Assembly: GCA_964016885.1 (NCBI GenBank) | Contig: OZ024742.1 | Location: forward strand, 195,982,001-196,046,000 | DNA: 64,000 bases | Source of the DNA: Eledone cirrhosa | Lineage: Eukaryota | Direction: 5' to 3' | Shown here: positions 56,685 through 64,000 of the stretch, piece by piece | Numbering within the stretch: the stretch's first letter is position 1 | Layout: every line of letters starts with the position of its first letter | The notes under the pieces: model-generated | Seen by the model: the letters and a program-made list of their open reading frames with translations, nothing else | What the model was told of the DNA's origin: nothing | Databases searched by the model: none | Position numbers and translations under genes: made by a program

Positions 56685-59600
56685 CCACAACAACACGGAA
56701 AAATAACAACACAAAAATATACCCCTCCCCAACAACACGGAAGAGGACTCCGTATCAACGTCACCCAGTGACGACGAGTGAGAACCCTTTCAACAGGTGA
56801 AAAGGAAAAAAAGCACCACATTAACAAAAATGCTACAAACACACAACCACCAGCACAAACAGAACAAACATCACAAATTAAAAAAACCACCCCCTCCCCA
56901 AAACATAACACATACTACAAAACACAAACACGCACAAGAACAACAAACAAAAACAAACACAACACAACAAAAACTCTATGCATACATTAACAAGAACAAT
57001 AAAACGTTGATGAAAGCAATAGAAAATAACCCTTCGATGGAAACCGAAGGGATCACTTTCACCTACGCAGCGAACAAACCGCACCTAATGATGATTAGGG
57101 TCCCAACGGAAACCTATTTTAACTTTGAAAAAGAACCATCCAATGCATGTGGGGACCAACTGCCCCAAACAACTTAACCACGCCCTATTGAGATGTTTTC
57201 CCACCCCCACAGCAGACACCCACACCCCACAAAACACCCTAATCGCACCACACACTGATGTCCTCACCCCACCACAAACCACCACCCCACTAAACAGCCC
57301 TTCCAACACCCCCATGGAAATTGTGCAGCCTGGTCCCTAGGAGACGAAGAGGTAAGTAATTTCCTTTCCTCTTCCTTTTTAACTCTTCAGACCAACATGG
57401 CCAGTATAAGAGTTGGATGTGTGAATGCACGCGGCCTGGGGATGTCCTGGAAACAGGGCAAACTCTTAAATGACCTCAGGTCGCACAGAGTGGATGTAAT
57501 GGTTATTTGCGAGTTCAGGATCAGCAGCGAGCGCCAACTGGCCCCCATCTTCGACGACTTTGAGATCTACACATCTCTCTGTCAGCCGAGGGGAGGGGGT
57601 GGGGTTGTCGTTCTGCTGCGAAAATACCTGGGTCTTGCCACACAGAAGGTACACCTGGACCCGAAGGGTCGACTGGTGGTTTTAGACGTCGGCAGTGATG
57701 AAGGTGGAGCTTTCAGGCTGATGGCAGAGTATGCCCCATCTGGAACACCGCGACCGGACTTCTTCCGACGCCTGGAGAATTTCCTGGGAACGTCTCGCTC
57801 CTTGCTTTTAGTGGGGGACTGGAATGGTATCCTGGGTGCACGTTGGGACTATGTAGGGGCATGTCCCGATAGAGGGGGGTGTAACAGCTTCAAACGATTA
57901 ATCGGCCGATTTGATCTGGCCGATAGATATCGACTAGATTTTCCGACTGTGCCACTGTGGACGTGGACTAATCGCAGCGGAACATCTAGGTCGTACCTAG
58001 ATAGGTTCCTAGTTAGAAATAAGGATAGGGACATATTAAGCTGTCCACGAATGTTCGTGGTTGACTATTCGGATCACAAGTTGGTGACCGGAGTGGTCAA
58101 CCTTGATAGAACTCATAGACAGGGACCCGGTTACTGGAAGCTAAACTTGTCTTTACCGACAAACAAAGCTTACAGTAAGCGGATTAGCACACTAGTTAAG
58201 CAGCGTTTGGCGGGGGCAATTGTCAACAGCAGGTGGTGGGGCTCTCTCAAGAGAGAAATTAGAATAGAATCGATAGGTTTTAGTCGGGAATTAGCATCAG
58301 ATAGGAATAGAACTGAAAGGGAATTAACAAATAGAGTAGAAGAGGCGATTAGGAGTGGCAACGTTGCCGGCATGCTGGCGTCAAGAACGGCCCTAGACCA
58401 GTTCTTTGATGCGAAGCACGAGGGCTGCGTTGTCAGGAGTAAAATACGTGCTCTGGGTAACGAGGGAGCCAAAGCTGTTAGCTAGGCCCGAGTGACAGAG
58501 GCAAAAAGTGGAAACAAGTCCACGATTCGGTCTTTGAAGGACCAGGATGGACGCGTGATCCTTGAACCTGAGCGGATGAGCGCGCCCTTTCAACGGCGCT
58601 TTGCACGACTGTTCGGGAGGGGCGGCGGGCCGGTGGGGCCATGGATTTCGGTCCATACCTCGACGGTCTGGTGCGGCTCTCGGACGGGGAGGCGAAGTCC
58701 TGCGAGAGGGCGATTTCAGCCGCTGAAATAGTGGAAGCGCTGAGCCAATGCGGCAAACGCAAATCTCCGGGTCTCGATGGTCTACCATACGAACTTTATG
58801 TAGCGATGTCGGGCTTGTTCTCCGGTCTCCTCGAGGCGGTCTACTGCAACTGGCAACAAAACGGGAGAATTCCCAGTTCTGTGACCAAGGGCGTAGTCAC
58901 GCTGGTGAGGAAGGACGAGAACAAGGGGGATGACATAGATAACTTCAGGCTCATAACTCTGCTAAACACAGAGTTAAAGATTTTGGCCAAGGTGTTAGCG
59001 AAGAGGTTGGCGCTTGTCGTCGGGAACCTGGTGGGAGAAGCGCAGACATGCGCAATCCCGTCCAGGTCCATACACGACAACCTCCACCTCATGCGATACA
59101 TCGTAGAGAGGGTAGGGAACGAACCCGGCTTTGGTGGGGCCCTGATCAACTTGGATTAATCTAAGGCGTTCGATAGGGTTGACCATCGGTACCTGGATGC
59201 GGTGCTAGCGGCGGCAGGCTTCGAACCCGTTTTCAGGGGCTGGATTGCTGCAATGCACAGTAGCAACACCTGCTCGAGGGTCAAGGTGAACGGCTACCTC
59301 TCGGAGCCGTTCCAAATCACGCAATCCATCCGACAGGGATGCCCTCTCTCCTCCCTCCTGTATGTGCTGGCTCTCTAGCCACTACTGCGGAAGCTGGAGC
59401 TGTTGCAGGGCATCCCCTTGGAACCGGGATTGCGGAAAGCGGTGTCGGCCTATGCCGATGACGTGACAGTAATGGTGTCGTGCGCCTCGGAAATCGGGCA
59501 GATCGGCACCTTACTGGAGGAATATGAAAGGTTCACAGGAGCCAAGCTGAACCGGGACAAGTCCGTCGGTTTGCAACTCGGGACGTGGAGAGGCAAAACG

Positions 59601-61072
59601 ATGCCCTCCGACGGCATCGTCGGACGCTGGACGGAGGGACCGGTGAAGCTGCTCGGGGTCTGGTTCGGACCGGACCTCCAGGTGGAGAAAAACTGGGACG
59701 AGGTAACGGGCAAGGTCTTTGCACTCGCCCAGAAGTGGGCCGAGTGCAAACTATCCCTGAAAGGTCGAGCGGAGGTGGCGAACGCTTACATAGCGTCCGT
59801 CATCTACTACCGCTTGACCGTCGTGCCTTGCTCAGAGAAAACACTCGCCAAAATGGAGCGCGCGCTCTTCCGATTTCTTTGGAAGAAGCGGGCTCCTTTG
59901 GTGAGAAGATCCATCTGCTGTCAACACCCTTCGAACGGAGGGCTTGGGATGCCGTGGCTGACGATGCGTAGACACGCATTAAGGCTACAGCACCTCCAGG
60001 TATTCCTCACCGGTCAGCTGGTGTGGGCCCTGTTTGTGAGGCGAGCCTTTCCGAGACTCGTCTCACTCACCGAGCTGCAATCCTGGGTCAAGCAAAGACC
60101 GAGAAAAGTGGGCGACTGGCACATTGAATGTGCCCAGGCGCTCACGGCCCTCTGGCAAGCGGATCCGGCAATCAGTGAAGACTCAAGCTCAACATTCTAT
60201 AGAGGGTTGGTGCGCAGTAACTGCGACGACGCTCTCGGAGAGGCTCTGGACATGGAGGAAGAGGAGCTGGCCAGTCTGTTCGGTAGGACGTTTGGCCCGG
60301 GACCGATGGACAACTTCCAAAAGTCCCTGGCTTGGCAATGTTACCGAGGAGCTCTACCCGTTCGGGACAAGCTCTACAGACACGGGCGCCAGGGTAGGGA
60401 CCCCTCGAAGAAGATCTGTCCAAGATGCGTGCGTGACGAGGAAACCGTCGCACACGCATTCGTACACTTCCCGGGCGTTGCTGACCTGTGGGGCTATGTA
60501 GAACGACTGCTGTCGCGGGTGGGACCAATCCGGTTGACCACCGAGAACATTGTCACGATCAAACCGCCTCCCCCTTTCAAAAACGAAGGAGAGGCGGTTT
60601 TTCTCTGTGTAATAGCCATGGCGAAAGAAGTTGTATGGTGGACAAGGTTGAAAGGGCTGAGGTCAGACACCTTTCTCTCTGGCCAACAACTGGTCTTTTT
60701 TTTCAAGTATCACTTTAGAAGAAGGATCAGAATGGAGAGAGGTGCTCTACCCCAGCAAGTTTTATGAAAGATGGGTGAAAGTAGCGAGAATGGCCCGAGT
60801 GAATGGGCCTTCTCTCTATATCAGCCTGTAGGTGAGAGAGGAGAAGAATGAGAAGAGGAAGGAAGCACCCGCTCTTTGTGCTCCTGAAGAGGAGGGTTGC
60901 ACATTTTTTCGGGGGGGGGGGGCGACCCATGTCAACGCCCCTCCCTATTGAGGACATCGATTGTTAAATTTAATTTGTTATATGTTTTTTACACGTCTTT
61001 TTAAATGTATGTAAACTCCCCCCTTTGTATTTGTCCCAATCTTTGATGCCCTGGTGGCAAATAAATAGAAAT
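55375..61072 (+). mobile_element. Near full-length Tx1/L1 LINE (ORF1 with zinc knuckle; ORF2 57397-~60830), disrupted
   Basis: ORF1 from 55576 with CYHC.SRGH; ORF2 VNARGL, GDWN, SDH, KSPGLDG, AFDRV, QGCPLS, AYADD, CPRC. Confidence 0.95.
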
Positions 61073-61142
61073 CTATATCTACTCTCTATATCATTCCCTC
61101 TCACTCTATCCATCTCTACCAAACTCTTCCTCTCTCTACACG

Positions 61143-61585
61143 GTATGTTTAAAATAAACATTAACCGCTGGTGTTTTGACATGGCTACGGCTCTCTAAAT
61201 GTTTATTTTAAACACTGTATTTCCTTAGAAATACCAAATTCCAATACATATCTGTATACAACTATGCCTGAAGCTAAATTCTAATTCTATTCTATTATAA
61301 GTCGAGCCAACTTATATTGCAGCTTCATATGCAAATGAAATTAATCACCTCATTTACACAGACGAGAAAACCATATATTCTCGCCTGTTTTCAAGTCCGG
61401 CAGTTGCAAGAGTGGGAGGGATCGTCCTGATGAGGACCAGTTGAGTTCCAAATACGCATAGACGATTATCTCCCTTGCTTCTGCTGGAAACGGCCAGACG
61501 GCGTTAGCCGCTGGTGTTTTGGCATAGCTACGGCTCTCTAAATATTTATTTTAAACACCATATTTCCTTAGAAATTCCAATGCAT
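61143..61585 (+). mobile_element. 343-nt-period element with terminal direct repeat, octamer and HHR (61421-61466)
   Basis: 61161-61238 repeated at 61504-61580; ATGCAAAT 61329; ATCGTC-CTGATGA-GGAC..GTTC-CAAA(mutated)-TACGCA-TA-GACGAT. Confidence 0.75.
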
Positions 61586-61606
61586 ATCTATATATATATA
61601 TATATA

Positions 61607-61717
<111 letters not shown>

Positions 61718-61722
61718 GTGTT

Positions 61723-62156
61723 TATGCATACTTACATTTATGTATCAGCTGTGCTAGAGAGAGAAATAAAATTCTAATTTTATTTTTAGTTTTCGGCACG
61801 GTCAGTTGTAACTCGCTCGGTATGCAAATGAGGCTACTCAGCCGATGTGTTCTTAAGAAAACACTATATATTTTTAACCGTCCAACAGATTGGCGGAGGA
61901 ATATAGTCCTGGGGAAGGGTAATGACCCAGAAGCATGTTGATTGTTCCTCAAAGCCAGTGTTGAGCAAACGGATGACAATTTGTCATCGGCACAGCTCTA
62001 ATCGGGCCGTTTATTTACAAAAGAATCGAAAATCCAGACGTACATATATATGTGTGTATATATATATGCGTGTGTGTGTGTGTGTATGTATGTACGTATG
62101 CATAATTACATTTATGTATCAGCTGTGCTAGGGTGAGAATTAAAATTCTTATTTTA
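61723..62156 (+). mobile_element. 374-nt-period relative of the ~428-nt retrozyme-like family, decayed HHR at 61903-61945
   Basis: TTACATTTATGTATCAGCTGTGCTAG at 61732 and 62106; ATGCAAAT 61822; colinear with 17230-17500. Confidence 0.75.
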
Positions 62157-62403
62157 TATATATATATATCTACTAATTTTTTGGTGTGTTAGTAGGCTTC
62201 TGTCATCTTACCATCCCACTCCTACCGACTAGCCTCTGTGTCACGTGATTGATTCTTTAGAATCTGCCATTTGACCAGTGACAGCGAGATTTTCAGTGCA
62301 TGGAATCCAGTCCCCGCTAGCTGTTCCATTTACCGAATTATTATTATTTTTATATGAGTCCCCAGTGTCCGCGCATTGCCTGGAGACTTAGCTGAGAATA
62401 GAC

Positions 62404-62482
62404 CTCCCTGATGACGCAATGAATTCTCAACAGTTTATTACGTAACTGTTTTTATCCCATTGCAGAAACTAATTAGTTGGAG
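62404..62482 (+). ncRNA. Type I hammerhead with extended stem II, relative of 9224-9306
   Basis: CTCC-CTGATGA-C-GCAATG...CATTGC-A-GAAA-CTAATTAG-TT-GGAG. Confidence 0.8.
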
Positions 62483-62537
62483 TGAAAATTTTAGTAAGTT
62501 AATTTTTTAAAATTTTTTTTAATTTTCCTATTTTACG

Positions 62538-62606
<69 letters not shown>

Positions 62607-62678
62607 AAAATTTTCGCTCTACATGGCTGAATACAATAAATGTAATCTGAGTTTTTCGAATATTAATAATAACATTCG

Positions 62679-62914
62679 ATTCGTTTGCAATTATGCAAAC
62701 AAGTCTCAATTTTATAGCCATGTCAGTAGAATGAACCCTTCATTCTTGCTCTTGTGTTGGCATGTGAACAGTGAGCTGTACTGATGAAGGGTGATACCCA
62801 GAAACATTAGTGTCTGCAGTTCTGTTCACATGCCAACACAAGAGCAAGAATGAGGGGTTCATTCTACTGACATGGCTATAAAATTGAGGCATGTTTGCAT
62901 AATTGCAAACGAAT
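62679..62914 (+). mobile_element. 93-bp inverted repeat with a complete hammerhead (62773-62822) at its apex
   Basis: GAGCTGTA-CTGATGA-A-GGG TGATA CCC-A-GAAA-CA TTAG TG-TC-TGCAGTTC. Confidence 0.85.
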
Positions 62915-62919
62915 ATTCA

Positions 62920-63000
<81 letters not shown>

Positions 63001-63092
63001 ATTAAAAGTTTAACAAGGTTCAATGAATTCATCAATGAATAAAGTTTCACAATAGATTAGAAGCACTCTACAGTGAGGTTTTCTGGAGTTAT

Positions 63093-63508
63093 TAATATTA
63101 CTTCAAAATATTATTAAATATAGACTTTCATGTGATCAAATATATTTTATTATACATATTTCAGAGGTACTGAGCTATTTCAACAGTACGTCCTCATCAG
63201 ATAAAATAAGTTGATGCCTGACATACCTTGACTATGTTGATGGTTATAATTTAGTCATGGCAGTGATTAGTTATGACAAAACTCAATATTTATATACCTT
63301 AAGTTGAAACATGAAAAATTACATATAGAGGGTGCGTATGAGAATGTGTATAAAGATATATAAATAACTAATAAAATATAATTGCTATAAGGCATCAACT
63401 TATTTTATCTGATGAGGACGTACTGTTGAAATAGCTCAGTACCTCTGAAATATGTATAATAAAATATATTTGATCACATGAAAGTCTATATTTATTAATA
63501 TTTTGAAG

Positions 63509-63516
<8 letters not shown>
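63093..63516 (+). mobile_element. PLE-type terminus with 127-bp inverted duplication including the HHR (63401-63466)
   Basis: 63093-63219 inverted to 63390-63516; TATTTTAT-CTGATGA-G..GTACTG..CAGTAC..T-GAAA-TATGTA-TA-ATAAAATA. Confidence 0.85.
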
Positions 63517-63577
<61 letters not shown>

Positions 63578-63817
63578 GTATATATATATATATATGTGTG
63601 TGTGTGCGTATATATATATATATAAATTAATAAAAATAATGAATAAAAACAAAGAAACAGTTCCTTATATTAAAAAATTCATCATTTTACAATCGTTTCT
63701 AGGATATATATGTTTGTGTTGGTATGTATATCATATAGATCTATGTAAAATTTTTACAAACTATCAGAGGGAATATACATACCTACACATATATATGCTG
63801 TCTATATATGTGTGTGC

Positions 63818-63863
<46 letters not shown>

Positions 63864-63903
63864 GATATTAACAAATGGAAACTATATTTATAAAACCATA
63901 TTT

Positions 63904-63968
63904 TATTTCATTATACATATTTCAAGGATACCAAGTTAAATTATGGTATGCCTTCATCAGACAAAATA
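63904..63968 (-). ncRNA. Type I hammerhead in a PLE-type terminus
   Basis: Minus strand: TATTTTGT-CTGATGA-AGG C ATACCA..TGGTAT CCT-T-GAAA-TATGTA-TA-ATGAAATA. Confidence 0.8.
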
Positions 63969-64000
63969 CAATATATACCAGTTTTATAAATAAACATTGA

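Noticed and set aside
57352-57390. 39-nt intron fusing Tx1 ORF1 and ORF2
   Set aside because: Splicing to CAG at 57390 is not in frame with ATG 57397 in the apparent ORF1 frame, and the 34243 copy has no acceptor
62693-62700. ATGCAAAC 88 nt upstream of the 62781 HHR core
   Set aside because: Lies in the inverted arm, so the spacing may be coincidental; not counted as octamer evidence

Overview
AT-rich animal DNA, inferred to be mollusc or cephalopod (octopus-like) from the tRNA/Nin-domain SINE and the microsatellite load. I found no host gene; most long ORFs in the track are microsatellite artefacts. The window is a nest of decayed transposons: four families of Penelope-like elements (PLEs, RT plus GIY-YIG), Tx1/L1 LINEs (two near full length), R4/Dong-like REL LINE fragments in (TACA)n, RTE fragments, tandem tRNA-derived SINEs and non-autonomous Helitrons. 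The main hidden signal is RNA structure. About 24 type I hammerhead ribozyme (HHR) motifs, intact or decayed, can be read by eye from roughly a dozen unrelated sequence families, most with palindromic stem III and most ending in (TA)n. They include small non-coding, terminally redundant monomers (343, 374 and ~428 nt) with one HHR and an ATGCAAAT octamer 87-98 nt upstream of the core. These look like retrozyme/newt-satellite-2-like elements probably mobilised by PLEs. Several insertions also preserve fold-back or head-to-head junctions that bear on the PLE integration mechanism. All alignments and folds were done by eye.
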